Below, one piece after another: positions 16,589 to 26,062 of a stretch of DNA of 64,000 nucleotides (position 1 is the stretch's first letter; each line of letters begins with the position of its first letter). The DNA is from a virus (lineage: Duplodnaviria; Caudoviricetes). A program made the translations under genes and the position numbers. The notes beneath the pieces were generated by a model. The model was given only the letters and a program-made list of their open reading frames with translations, did no database searches and had not been told where the DNA came from. The stretch lies in IMG/VR virus record IMGVR_UViG_3300037466_003849, positions 1 through 64,000 of that record; one strand, 5' to 3'.

Positions 16589-18861
16589 CGATGGGATACG
16601 GCGAAGCCGCCCAACGCTATTGGGACCTGGGCTGGCACGGCGTCCTCCCGCTGCCGCCCGGCCGGAAGAAGCCCGTGCCGAAGGGCTACACCGGCTACGA
16701 CGGCGTCTACCCGAAGTTCCCCGACGTGTTCGCCTGGGCCGAGGAGTTCCCGGACGGCAACGTGGGACTTCGTATGCCGGACAACGTCATTGGGCTGGAC
16801 GTAGATTCTTACAACGGCAAGACTGGCGGCGCGACCTACAACCGCGCCGTGAAGCTGTGGGGCACGCTGCCGCCGACATGGATGTCCACCTCGCGCTCCG
16901 ACGGGATGTCCGGCATTCGGATGTACCGGGTGCCGCCCGGCACGCGCCTGATCACCCAGCTTGGCTTCGCCGACGAGGGCATCGGCCACGTCGAGATCGT
17001 GCAGCGGGTGCACCGCTACGCCGTCGTCGCGCCGTCGATCCACCCGGACACCGGCAAGGAGTACCGCTGGGCGGACCCGGAGGGCTACTGGGCCGAGGAG
17101 TGGCCCGCGGTCGAGGATCTGCCCGAGCTGCCCCAGCGCTGGCTCGAGGCGCTCACCGAAACCGGCGACGCCGACGTTGCTGACGTGGACGTGGCCGAGG
17201 TGCTGCGCGCTCTCCCGGCCGGACCGATGAACCCCTGGGTCCGCGAGCGCACCGACCAGGCCATCGCCGACCTGGCGGCGAAGAAGGACTCCCGCCACGA
17301 CACCACCACCCGCCACGTCCTGGCGCTGCTGCGCCTGGCCGAGACCGGCCGCGAGGGCGTCGCCCAGGCGCTCAAGGAGCTCGGCAAGGCGTTCGTGGCG
17401 GCCGTCGCGCCCGACCGCGGCGAGGGCGAGGCCAAGAGCGAGTACACCCGGATGGTCGTCGGCAAGCGCGGGCACGGCTTGATCGCCGCGACGCCGACCG
17501 TCGACATCGCCGCCATCTCCGGCGTCGCCAAGGAGCAGTGGCAACTGGCGGGCGCGCAGGCGCCGCAGGAGCCCCCGGCCACACCGGAACCCTCGGTGAC
17601 CGTCGTTGAGCCGCCAGCGGAGCCGCCAGCCCCGCCGGAGTCGCCATTCGCGGACTTCTGGGAGGAGCGGGCGTCGCTGCGCACGATCCGCACCTTCGCC
17701 TACAGCCGGATGTGCTCGCCGTGGTCGGTGCTGGGCGTGGTGATGGCGCGGGCGCTGACCATGGTGCCGCCGTGGATCACCTTGCCGCCGTTGATCGGCG
17801 GCCGGGGATCGCTGAACACCTTCATCGCCCTCGTCGGCCCGTCCGGCGGCGGCAAGGGCGCCAGCGAGTCTGCGGCGGGGGAGCTGCTCCCGGCCAAGAT
17901 CCACATCGCCCCGCTCGGCTCCGGCGAAGGCATCGCCCACCAGTACGCCCACTACGACACCAAGGACAAGCAGATCGTCTGGGACCGTACGGCGGTGATG
18001 TTCTCCGAGAGCGAAATCGACACCCTCGCAGGCATTTCCGCGCGCACCGGCTCGACGCTGATGGGCAAGATCCGCAACGCCTTCTCCGGCGAGGAGATCG
18101 GTTTCTCCTACGCGGACTCGTCGCGGCGCATCACCCTCGGCCGCCACGAGTACCGGCTGACGCTGGTGCTGGGCGTGCAGCCGACGCGGGCGGCCACCCT
18201 GATCGGCGACGCCCACGGCGGCACGCCGCAGCGCTTCGTGTGGATGCCCACCGTCGACCCCGGCATCTCGATCAATCCACCGGCGTCGCCACCGTCGATC
18301 GTGCTCCGGCCGCAATGGGACTCCTACGCCCGCTCTGTCGCCGTTCCCGGCGTCGCCCGGCACGAGATCCTCGACAACCACGTCCGGCGCGCACGAGGCG
18401 AAGGAGACGCCCTCGACGGGCACAGCCTGTTCACCCGGCTCAAGGTCGCCACCGCGCTGGCGATCCTGGACGGCCGCATCGACATCAACGAGGAGGACTG
18501 GGAATTGTCGGCGACGGTCATGGAGGTCAGCGACGAAACCCGCGAGCTCTGCACGAAGGAGATCCGCCGAGCCGAGAAGGAGGAGAACCAGCAGCGCGGC
18601 GAAGCCCTCGGCGTCCAGCGCGCCGTGGCCGATGCCGTGGCCGAGGAGGCGAAGGTGGCGCGGGTGGCGGGCTGGATCGTCCGCAAGCTCGGCGAACTCG
18701 GCGGCGGGGCGAGCTGGTCGCGCCTGCACCGCCGGATGGCCAACCGCGATCGGGAGTACCTGGAACCCGCGTTGATGCGCCTGGCCGAGGATGTCCGGAT
18801 CACCGTCACCGAAGACCGCGAGATCCGGCTCTACGAGGCATCGCAGGCGGGGGCGGCGTGA
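16585..18861 (+). CDS. Bifunctional primase-polymerase fused to a DUF3987-like helicase/ATPase
   Basis: N-terminal LPLPPGRKKP, GLDVD; C-terminal Walker A GPSGGGKG. Confidence 0.88.
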   Translation: MTMGYGEAAQRYWDLGWHGVLPLPPGRKKPVPKGYTGYDGVYPKFPDVFAWAEEFPDGNVGLRMPDNVIGLDVDSYNGKTGGATYNRAVKLWGTLPPTWMSTSRSDGMSGIRMYRVPPGTRLITQLGFADEGIGHVEIVQRVHRYAVVAPSIHPDTGKEYRWADPEGYWAEEWPAVEDLPELPQRWLEALTETGDADVADVDVAEVLRALPAGPMNPWVRERTDQAIADLAAKKDSRHDTTTRHVLALLRLAETGREGVAQALKELGKAFVAAVAPDRGEGEAKSEYTRMVVGKRGHGLIAATPTVDIAAISGVAKEQWQLAGAQAPQEPPATPEPSVTVVEPPAEPPAPPESPFADFWEERASLRTIRTFAYSRMCSPWSVLGVVMARALTMVPPWITLPPLIGGRGSLNTFIALVGPSGGGKGASESAAGELLPAKIHIAPLGSGEGIAHQYAHYDTKDKQIVWDRTAVMFSESEIDTLAGISARTGSTLMGKIRNAFSGEEIGFSYADSSRRITLGRHEYRLTLVLGVQPTRAATLIGDAHGGTPQRFVWMPTVDPGISINPPASPPSIVLRPQWDSYARSVAVPGVARHEILDNHVRRARGEGDALDGHSLFTRLKVATALAILDGRIDINEEDWELSATVMEVSDETRELCTKEIRRAEKEENQQRGEALGVQRAVADAVAEEAKVARVAGWIVRKLGELGGGASWSRLHRRMANRDREYLEPALMRLAEDVRITVTEDREIRLYEASQAGAA

Positions 18862-19212
18862 AAACAGACCAGGCGGTGCGGAGTGTGGACAAAATGTCCA
18901 CACCGCGTCGAAAAAATTTTCGCGCCCTAAGACATTAAAGACGTTAAGAGAGTAAAGACGTTAAGTCGTTAATGTCTTTGAAGAGAGTGAAGTCTTTGAA
19001 GGCGTTGAAGACGTTACGAGTGTAATTCGAAACCGAAATCGAAGTCCAACACCTCTGAACATTCGGCGTGTCGACGTGGCGTCGAACACAAACAGACCGA
19101 GCGGTGCGGAAAGTGTGGACACGGTGTGGACATCAATGTCCACGATGCCGATCCATCTTCACCGACGTTGATCTATTCACCGGGAATTCCGATGTCCCAC
19201 GTTGTCCCACGA
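18862..19212. other. Putative replication origin
   Basis: Non-coding; DnaA-box-like 9-mers; AT-rich TAAAGACGTTAAG repeats; flanking direct repeat of about 30 bp. Confidence 0.65.
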
Positions 19213-19244
19213 AGTCCATCCATCTAAACCGAGGTAAACCGATA

Positions 19245-19586
19245 ATGGCGAAGAAGGCCCCGGTGACACGGTCGGCCCCACGCCGTGGCACCTGCACCGT
19301 CTGCAAGGAGAAGATCGTCCTCTACCTGCGAGACGGTCTCGACATCGTTCTCGATGCCCAGCCGATCAACCTGCGAGGCGAGGCGGCGTCACTACTGGCA
19401 GGCCATCAGACCTGGCACTGGATCGAGGGCAGGATGCATCGGCGATCGGAGCCGTATATCCGCCTGGAGCCACACCCGATGCTGGGCACGATTCATCGAC
19501 TGCACCACTGCGGCGAGATCGTGGCCGACGAGCACAAGTTCGTGCCGAGAAAGCCGGATTACGACAGCGATATCCCACCCTTCTGA
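19245..19586 (+). CDS. Zn-binding hypothetical protein
   Basis: CTVC...LHHC; ends DIPPF. Confidence 0.65.
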   Translation: MAKKAPVTRSAPRRGTCTVCKEKIVLYLRDGLDIVLDAQPINLRGEAASLLAGHQTWHWIEGRMHRRSEPYIRLEPHPMLGTIHRLHHCGEIVADEHKFVPRKPDYDSDIPPF

Positions 19587-19710
19587 ATAGGGCTGGGGAA
19601 GTGCCCGCCCGCTGCCGCGTGCGGTCATTCCACCGGGATTGTCTAGTACGCATGACACCCCCGACCCGGTGAGAAAATTGAGAGGGGGAGAAATTCGAAA
19701 GGAATTCATT

Positions 19711-20202
19711 GTGGGCCACACCTATGCCTACATCGACAAAAACGGAAATTATCGGTGGACGGAGGCGAGGCGAGTCGGAAACCGCATCGTCGGCCACGAC
19801 GGCATCGCAGTCGAAATAGGGGCTGGCGTCGATCGCGACGAAATCGAGATGCGCCGGGGCACCGGCCGCTCCGCGACCAACTGGTTCTCCTTCACGATCC
19901 CCGCCGATCCCACCTCCGAGGGGCTGTATCACCCGGCCAACTGGGCCGCCTTCCTCGGTGCCGCGTTCCGCATCTACCGCCAGGAGGTCAACGACGACGC
20001 GGAGGCCACGGCCAAGGCCCGCAAGTCCGACGAGGAGGAGGCTGCCGCCCTGGCCGCCGCCCACGAGGCCCGGATCGCCTCCCTCGCCGCCGATCTGCGC
20101 GAGAGCACCGTGCCCTACACCGGCGCCCCATCCGCCGACGAGTACTACACGCACATGGCGCGCATCGCCGTCGCCCACCTCGATGCCGGAGTCGGCCGAT
20201 GA
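19711..20202 (+). CDS. Paralogue A of unknown family
   Basis: RBS GAAAGGA, GTG 19711; motif shared with B-G. Confidence 0.7.
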   Translation: MGHTYAYIDKNGNYRWTEARRVGNRIVGHDGIAVEIGAGVDRDEIEMRRGTGRSATNWFSFTIPADPTSEGLYHPANWAAFLGAAFRIYRQEVNDDAEATAKARKSDEEEAAALAAAHEARIASLAADLRESTVPYTGAPSADEYYTHMARIAVAHLDAGVGR

Positions 20203-20618
20203 GCCGCCTCGCCGACGAGTACTGGGGCCTGGACGAGAACTGCATCGCCGTCTGCCACAGGCTCCACCGCAACGGCGACATGATCGTGGACGAGACCGGG
20301 CGCTTCATCGAGATCCCGCCGCCGGTCGAGGGGCAGGTCGACCAGGCCCTCCTCGACACGATCGACAAGCGCTCGAAGGCCCGGCTGCGCGAGGGCTACC
20401 GCAACTTCACCCTCGGCGCCTTCTACTCCGGCGCAGTCGAATTCGTGAAGGCCGAGGCCCGCGACCAGCTCCCCCCGGCTCGGCAGCCCGACGCCGACAC
20501 CGAGCTCGCGAACGCCTTGCGCGCCAGCGTTCCCCGCCTCGGCGGCGTCACCGGCGATGACTACTACCTCACCCTCGCCCGCGCCGCCCGCGCTCACCTC
20601 GAAGGGAAAACCGCGTGA
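20199..20618 (+). CDS. Paralogue B of unknown family
   Basis: ATGA overlap; shared motifs. Confidence 0.7.
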   Translation: MSRLADEYWGLDENCIAVCHRLHRNGDMIVDETGRFIEIPPPVEGQVDQALLDTIDKRSKARLREGYRNFTLGAFYSGAVEFVKAEARDQLPPARQPDADTELANALRASVPRLGGVTGDDYYLTLARAARAHLEGKTA

Positions 20619-21088
20619 CCGACTACAACTACCTCGCCGTCGCGAACAACGGCCAGCTCCGGCAGCACGGCATCGTCCGTAGCGGCATCTACCTCACCAA
20701 CGTCGCTGCGCCGCATGGCCAGAACTTCGAAACGGCCGTGGAAGTGGTCCAGGTGTACGCGCCACTGAAGCCGACGAACAACTCGGTCGACTTCTACCGC
20801 AAGCAGATCGTCAAGCGCCGCGCCGATGTCCTCACGCAGATCAACCAGGCCCGCAACGAGCTCAACGTGCTCGACGCCGTCCTGCCGATCTACGACGCCG
20901 AGATCGCCGCCGCCGAGAAGGCCGCCAAGGAGGACGAGGCCAAGAAGGCGCAGCAGGAGAAGGACCGCGAGTTCGCCGCGACGATCCTCAACGCCGCCCG
21001 CGCCTACGACAGCCAGGGCGGCACCACCGAGGACTTTGCCGCCCGTATCCGCCGGATCGTCGCCGACGACGAGGCGGGCGAGCGCTGA
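20615..21088 (+). CDS. Paralogue C of unknown family
   Basis: GTGA overlap; shared motifs. Confidence 0.7.
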   Translation: MTDYNYLAVANNGQLRQHGIVRSGIYLTNVAAPHGQNFETAVEVVQVYAPLKPTNNSVDFYRKQIVKRRADVLTQINQARNELNVLDAVLPIYDAEIAAAEKAAKEDEAKKAQQEKDREFAATILNAARAYDSQGGTTEDFAARIRRIVADDEAGER

Positions 21089-21090
21089 CC

Positions 21091-21537
21091 ATGTACTACA
21101 CCCACGACAAGGACGGCAAGCAGCACAGCTGGTCCATCAAGCGTGAAGGCGCCACCCTGAAGGGTCACCGCCGCGTCATCGTCACAGACCCCGCCTCGCT
21201 CGGCGCGAACCCGATCCGCACCCGCGCGAACATCGAGGAGCACCTCCGGCGCTCACGCAACGATGTCGCCTTCTATACCGACGCGCTGCGGCATTTCGAC
21301 CGCGAGGTCGAGGAGTCCGAGGCCGCTCGCATCAACGCCGAGCTGACGGCGAAGGCCAGCGCCGACGCCCAGAAGGTCTCGAAGTTCCTTCAGACGGTGG
21401 GCGAGGCCATGAAAACGGCTACGCGCGTGATGAATTCGGAGACCATCTCGCCCGAGCTCGTCGCCGAGGCGGACCGCCAGTGCGCCGCGCTGGCCGAGGC
21501 GATGGACACCGTGCTGACGATCGAGGAGCCGCGGTGA
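21091..21537 (+). CDS. Paralogue D of unknown family
   Basis: ATG 3 nt after upstream stop; shared motifs. Confidence 0.7.
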   Translation: MYYTHDKDGKQHSWSIKREGATLKGHRRVIVTDPASLGANPIRTRANIEEHLRRSRNDVAFYTDALRHFDREVEESEAARINAELTAKASADAQKVSKFLQTVGEAMKTATRVMNSETISPELVAEADRQCAALAEAMDTVLTIEEPR

Positions 21538-21962
21538 AGGAACACAGTTACGCCGCCCGCGCCCCCAAGGGCGACGCCGTCGTCACCTACACCATCCGCC
21601 GTGATGGCGGCTCTCTCGGAGGCCACATCTCCGTCCTGGTGCCCGACCCGGCCCGCCACGCCGAGGCCCTCGTCGCCCGAGGCCGCCAGGACCTGCTCGA
21701 CGCGATGAAGTTCGAAGCCGAGCGAATCCGGGAGCACAAGGAGCGCTTCAGCTTCTACAGCTCGGCGCTGGCCCACTACGACGAGGAATGTGCCGAGGTC
21801 GCCGAGGCGGCGAAGAAGGCCCGCGTCGCCGAGATCCGCGACGAGCTGAGCGACCTCTGGCGTCAGCCCGGATCGGTGCCCGCATTCCTGACGACTGTCG
21901 CCCGCTACATCGCCGACAACGTCCCGCCCGACGCCGCGCCGCTGAAGGCGGACCCGCGGTGA
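21534..21962 (+). CDS. Paralogue E of unknown family
   Basis: GTGA overlap; shared motifs. Confidence 0.7.
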   Translation: MKEHSYAARAPKGDAVVTYTIRRDGGSLGGHISVLVPDPARHAEALVARGRQDLLDAMKFEAERIREHKERFSFYSSALAHYDEECAEVAEAAKKARVAEIRDELSDLWRQPGSVPAFLTTVARYIADNVPPDAAPLKADPR

Positions 21963-22645
21963 ACGACAGCGTCGGCCACCACGCCATGGGGATCAACCCC
22001 TTTCTGCCCCAGCCACTTCCGAACCCGCTCACCCTCGCCGACCTGGCCCATTTTCGCTATCTCGGCTTCGCACCAGGAGGAATCCCTATGGTCAACAACC
22101 CCTACTCCCGCGGCGGCGTCATTCCGATCCCTGCGACCAACCCCTACGACTTCGGTGGCATCCTCTCGCCAGGCATGACCGCCGTCGCGGCCCCCCGCTT
22201 CACCGCCTACGAAGGCCGCGACAACGAGGGCAAGAAGGTCACCTACTACGTCCGCCGCGACGGCGACGACATCGTGACCTCGTTCGGGATGCGCATCCCC
22301 GCGCCGAAACCCGGCAGTGGCGTCAATGTCGTCGAGAATCTGCGCAGCCTGCGTGAGAAGGCCGAGACCCGCAAGGCCAACTTCGAGCGCCAGGCCGCCC
22401 ACTGCGCGCGGATGATCGCCACCTACGAGGCGGCATCGAAGCTCTACGCCGCGGAGGCCGCCGACGCCGCCCGCGAGGAGCGCCGCAGGGGCATCGAGAA
22501 GCTTGCCGGTGACCTGATGAGCGAATACGGCAAGGCCGCCCCGTTCACCGGGGTCAGCGTGCCCGGCTTCGAGAAGCTCGCCGAGCACGTCCAGAAGCTC
22601 ATCGACGACGCCGTCGCCGCCGTGACGAAGGCGGGTGTCCTGTGA
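21959..22645 (+). CDS. Paralogue F of unknown family, with Pro/Gly-rich N-terminal extension
   Basis: GTGA overlap; shared motifs. Confidence 0.7.
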   Translation: MNDSVGHHAMGINPFLPQPLPNPLTLADLAHFRYLGFAPGGIPMVNNPYSRGGVIPIPATNPYDFGGILSPGMTAVAAPRFTAYEGRDNEGKKVTYYVRRDGDDIVTSFGMRIPAPKPGSGVNVVENLRSLREKAETRKANFERQAAHCARMIATYEAASKLYAAEAADAAREERRRGIEKLAGDLMSEYGKAAPFTGVSVPGFEKLAEHVQKLIDDAVAAVTKAGVL

Positions 22646-22953
22646 GCGTCGGCAAGCAGATCGCCCTCGCGATGGGCGTGGTCGCCGCGATCGTCGTCAT
22701 CAGCGTCGGCGGCTGGCAACTGCACTGGTGGATGGCCCGCCACGGCGTCAACAACCGCTACCAGGTCAACACGTCGTCGCAGGAGTACCAGTCGAGCCTG
22801 GTCACCCAGGAGCGCGACCGCGCGCTGGCCTTCGACAAGTCGCAGGACACCGAGCAGCGCGCCGTCATCCGCGCCCAGTTCTGCCAGGTGCTGGCCGACA
22901 TCCACCCCATCCCCGCCGACATCGAACTCGATGCGGCCCACCTCAACTGCTGA
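22642..22953 (+). CDS. Membrane-anchored protein with extracytoplasmic helical domain
   Basis: N-terminal TM helix; two Cys near the C-terminus. Confidence 0.75.
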   Translation: MSVGKQIALAMGVVAAIVVISVGGWQLHWWMARHGVNNRYQVNTSSQEYQSSLVTQERDRALAFDKSQDTEQRAVIRAQFCQVLADIHPIPADIELDAAHLNC

Positions 22954-22968
22954 AAGGCCACTGCCACA

Positions 22969-23541
22969 ATGAAACTCGGAACCGTCGCTCTCGGGAGCGC
23001 GATCCTGTCCGCCGGTATTCTCCTGACCGCCGCGTGCAGCCAGAACAACACCGCGGCCAGCCACGACCAGGCGGTGCTCAACCAGGCCCTCGACGCCTTC
23101 CAGCGCACCCAGCCGATCCCGCAGGCGACCTGGTCGCAGATGCGCGAGTCGCTGATCCAGATCGAGAACGCCCGCATTCACGGCATCGCCACCACGACCT
23201 TCTTCTACAACATGGGGTCGAACGTGCCGATCAAGTCGTGCGCCTCGACCGGTTTCCCGATCCCGGCCACCGCGCAGCTGACCAACCCGTCGCAGCTGTC
23301 CTGGCTGGTCGCGAACCAGAACACCATCGACGGCGTCATCGGCCAGATGGAGCCCAACGGCACCTTCACCGGCGACTCGGCGGGCACCTACGTCACCTGC
23401 GCCGGGCCGAACGGCTCGACGTATGAGACCTACTGGGAAGGCCCGGTGGAGACCGAGGGCGGCCCCGCCCACTACGACCCCGACGCCCGCCAGATCGTCC
23501 TCGACGGCGCGCCGACCGTGACCGCGAAGGGCGGAAAGTGA
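22969..23541 (+). CDS. Lipoprotein
   Basis: Signal peptide with lipobox LTAAC; GFPIPATAQLTNP..QMEPNG motif. Confidence 0.8.
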   Translation: MKLGTVALGSAILSAGILLTAACSQNNTAASHDQAVLNQALDAFQRTQPIPQATWSQMRESLIQIENARIHGIATTTFFYNMGSNVPIKSCASTGFPIPATAQLTNPSQLSWLVANQNTIDGVIGQMEPNGTFTGDSAGTYVTCAGPNGSTYETYWEGPVETEGGPAHYDPDARQIVLDGAPTVTAKGGK

Positions 23542-24359
23542 TGACCGAGACCGCAACCACCGCAACCACCGCGGCGACCGCCACCGACGCCGTCATGGTC
23601 TCGGTGCCCGGCACCGACACCCCGCTGGTCGCCCAGCTGATCAACGGCGAGCCCTACGCCGCGCTGCGCCCGATGTGCGACGCGATCGGCCTGGACTACT
23701 CCAGTCAGTGGTCGAAGCTGAAGACCAAGTCGTGGGCGAACGTGGCGATCAGCCCGACGGTTGCCGCCGATGGCAAGGTCCGCGACATGGTCCTCGTCGA
23801 CCGCCGCACGCTGACGATGTGGCTGGCGACGATCACCGAGACCCGGATCGCCCCGGATCTCCAGCCGACCATCCGCGCCTTCCAGGCCGAGGCCGCCGAC
23901 GCCCTCGACGCCTACTTCCACGAGGGCGGTGCGATCAACCCGAACGCCACCGACGACCAGCTCGACCGGCTGACCGAGCGTGCCCGCGCGCAGATGGAGC
24001 TCATCCAGTCGGCGAAGGGAATCATCAACCCCGAGCACCTGGAGACGAGGGCTCGTCTGGTGCTGGCCCGCGGTCTCGGCGAGGTGCCCGAGATCGAACC
24101 GGAGGACATGCCGCTCTACACCCAGACCTACCTGGAGGACCGCGGCGTCGACCGCGAGCGTATCCAGCGGATCGCGGGCGCGTTCGGCAAGAAGGTCAAG
24201 ATGGCCTACCGGCTGAAGTACGGCAAGGAGCCGGGCAAGTACCCGATCACCGCCCTCAACGGTCAGGTCCGCATGGCCTACGCCTACGTCGAGGCCGACC
24301 GGCCGCTGCTCGACGAGATCTACCGGGAGTTCTACGCCGACGAGGCGGTGAAGTCGTGA
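23538..24359 (+). CDS. Antirepressor (P22AR N-terminal domain)
   Basis: NGEPYAALRPMCDAIGLDYSSQWSKLK..W; LTMWLATI. Confidence 0.85.
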   Translation: MMTETATTATTAATATDAVMVSVPGTDTPLVAQLINGEPYAALRPMCDAIGLDYSSQWSKLKTKSWANVAISPTVAADGKVRDMVLVDRRTLTMWLATITETRIAPDLQPTIRAFQAEAADALDAYFHEGGAINPNATDDQLDRLTERARAQMELIQSAKGIINPEHLETRARLVLARGLGEVPEIEPEDMPLYTQTYLEDRGVDRERIQRIAGAFGKKVKMAYRLKYGKEPGKYPITALNGQVRMAYAYVEADRPLLDEIYREFYADEAVKS

Positions 24360-24877
24360 CGATGCCCGAGAATGCCAACGGCAGCAACGGATTCCTCGTC
24401 GGAGGTGGTGGCGGCTCCGGCCCAGGGTGGCGCGATCTTGCCGCCGTCGGCGCCCTCGCCCAGCCCGTCGGCAGCTTCCGCTGGATACACCCCGGCGGCG
24501 AGATGAACTCCCTGCGCGACCTCTACTTCAACGGAAACGCGGTCACCGCCATCGACTCGTACATCAACGCCTATGTCGGCGACGATGCCACGAAGGTCGA
24601 CCAGGCCCGCAACGAGATCGCGGAGTCGATCCGCCGCGCCCGCAACCGGCTGGCCTTCCTCGAAGCCGCCAAGGAGATCCACGACGGCAAGATCGCCGAG
24701 CTCGACAAGGCCAAGCAGGCTGATCGCCTGGCCGAGGTCGAGGCGCTGTGCGACAGCATCCGCGAGGTCTGGATCAACGACCCCAGCCCGATGGCGGGCG
24801 ACCGCATCCACCGTGTGGCCGAACATGTCCAGACGCTGATCGAGGCCGCCAAGGCCGGAAAGGACGGCGCGAAGTGA
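24356..24877 (+). CDS. Paralogue G of unknown family
   Basis: GTGA overlap; shared middle and C-terminal helices. Confidence 0.65.
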   Translation: MTMPENANGSNGFLVGGGGGSGPGWRDLAAVGALAQPVGSFRWIHPGGEMNSLRDLYFNGNAVTAIDSYINAYVGDDATKVDQARNEIAESIRRARNRLAFLEAAKEIHDGKIAELDKAKQADRLAEVEALCDSIREVWINDPSPMAGDRIHRVAEHVQTLIEAAKAGKDGAK

Positions 24878-25665
24878 GCACCGCCCGCTACACCGTGCTG
24901 GCCGTCCCCGGCACCAGCGAGTCCCACGTCGGCGACACCCGCATGGAGCCCGTCGGGATGCTGAGCTACGTCACACGCGAGCTCGACCCGGCCGTCTTCG
25001 AGTGCCTGAATGTCGGCTACCCCAGCGCTTTCGGCTACCCGATGAGCGAGGATGAGTCGCTGGCGATGGCACTGAAGTCGCTGGAGGCGATGATCCGGGC
25101 GACGCCGCTGCCGGTGATCCTGCTCGGCTACAGCCAGGGCGCCCAGGTGGTGCGCAAGCTGCTGTGGCTGCTGTGCCAGCGCGATCTCAGCGTTGCCGAC
25201 CTGGAGGTTGCCGGGGCCGGTCTCATCGCCGACCCGAACCGCAACGCCGGACTCAACGAGGGTCCGGTGCTGGACGGCTCCGGCATCGCCGGTGGCGGTG
25301 GACCGTGGCCGATGGGGATGCCGATGTGGGAGCTGGCGCTGCCGAATGACCCGATCGCCAACGCCCCCGCCGACAGCCTGCTCCGGCCGGTCGCCGACGT
25401 GCTGAAGTACTTCACCGCGGTGAACCTGCCGAGGTGGGGCGCCCAGATGGCCCACATGCTGCTCACCCGCGAGGGTTGGCAGCCCGGCGACTACAAGGTC
25501 ACCCCGGTCACCGTGGAGCTGGCACTCGACGAGCTCGCCAACTACACCGTCCGCGGCTGCCACACCGCCTACGCCACAACGCATTTCCCCGGCACGGACC
25601 GCACCTACTGCGAGCACCTGGCCGACCTGATCACCGCACGATTCGGTGCAGGTGGAACCGCCTGA
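24874..25665 (+). CDS. Cutinase / PE-PPE / LysB-like serine hydrolase
   Basis: VPGTSES, YPSAFG, LLGYSQGA nucleophile elbow, LIADP, DPIAN, HTAY. Confidence 0.85.
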   Translation: MSTARYTVLAVPGTSESHVGDTRMEPVGMLSYVTRELDPAVFECLNVGYPSAFGYPMSEDESLAMALKSLEAMIRATPLPVILLGYSQGAQVVRKLLWLLCQRDLSVADLEVAGAGLIADPNRNAGLNEGPVLDGSGIAGGGGPWPMGMPMWELALPNDPIANAPADSLLRPVADVLKYFTAVNLPRWGAQMAHMLLTREGWQPGDYKVTPVTVELALDELANYTVRGCHTAYATTHFPGTDRTYCEHLADLITARFGAGGTA

Positions 25666-26062
25666 CGACTGGCGGCAGCACGCGCAGTGCATCGGCTCCG
25701 ACCCCGCGGCCTGGGACACCTCCTACTACCCGGAACCCCCAGGCCAACGGGCGGAGCTCGCCCGCAGGGTGTGCCGGGGCTGTGAGGTCCGCCAGGAGTG
25801 CGCGCAATGGGCGCTGAGCGTCCCGCACATCCACGGCGAGTACCTGACCGGCGTCGTGGTCGCCGGATTCGCCATGCACGGCAACCCCAGCGCCACCCGC
25901 GCGAACGAGAAGATCCGCCGCCGCATGGCCGCCCGCTACGACCTCCCCTATTCCAGCGCCTCGGCCACCGTGCGCCGCGCCGCCGCCAAGACATACGAGC
26001 AAGGACAAACCGATGACCATCAAGGAGAACCTGACCAAGGCCCTGGAGCAGCTGAGGGCTGA
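25652..26062 (+). CDS. whiB: Second WhiB-like protein
   Basis: DWRQHAQC..DP...ARRVCRGCEVRQECAQWAL. Confidence 0.85.
   Translation: MEPPDDWRQHAQCIGSDPAAWDTSYYPEPPGQRAELARRVCRGCEVRQECAQWALSVPHIHGEYLTGVVVAGFAMHGNPSATRANEKIRRRMAARYDLPYSSASATVRRAAAKTYEQGQTDDHQGEPDQGPGAAEG

Noticed and set aside
19711-24877. Paralogue array as a diversity-generating retroelement
   Set aside because: No reverse transcriptase and no near-identical TR/VR pair; similarity is only at the protein-motif level.
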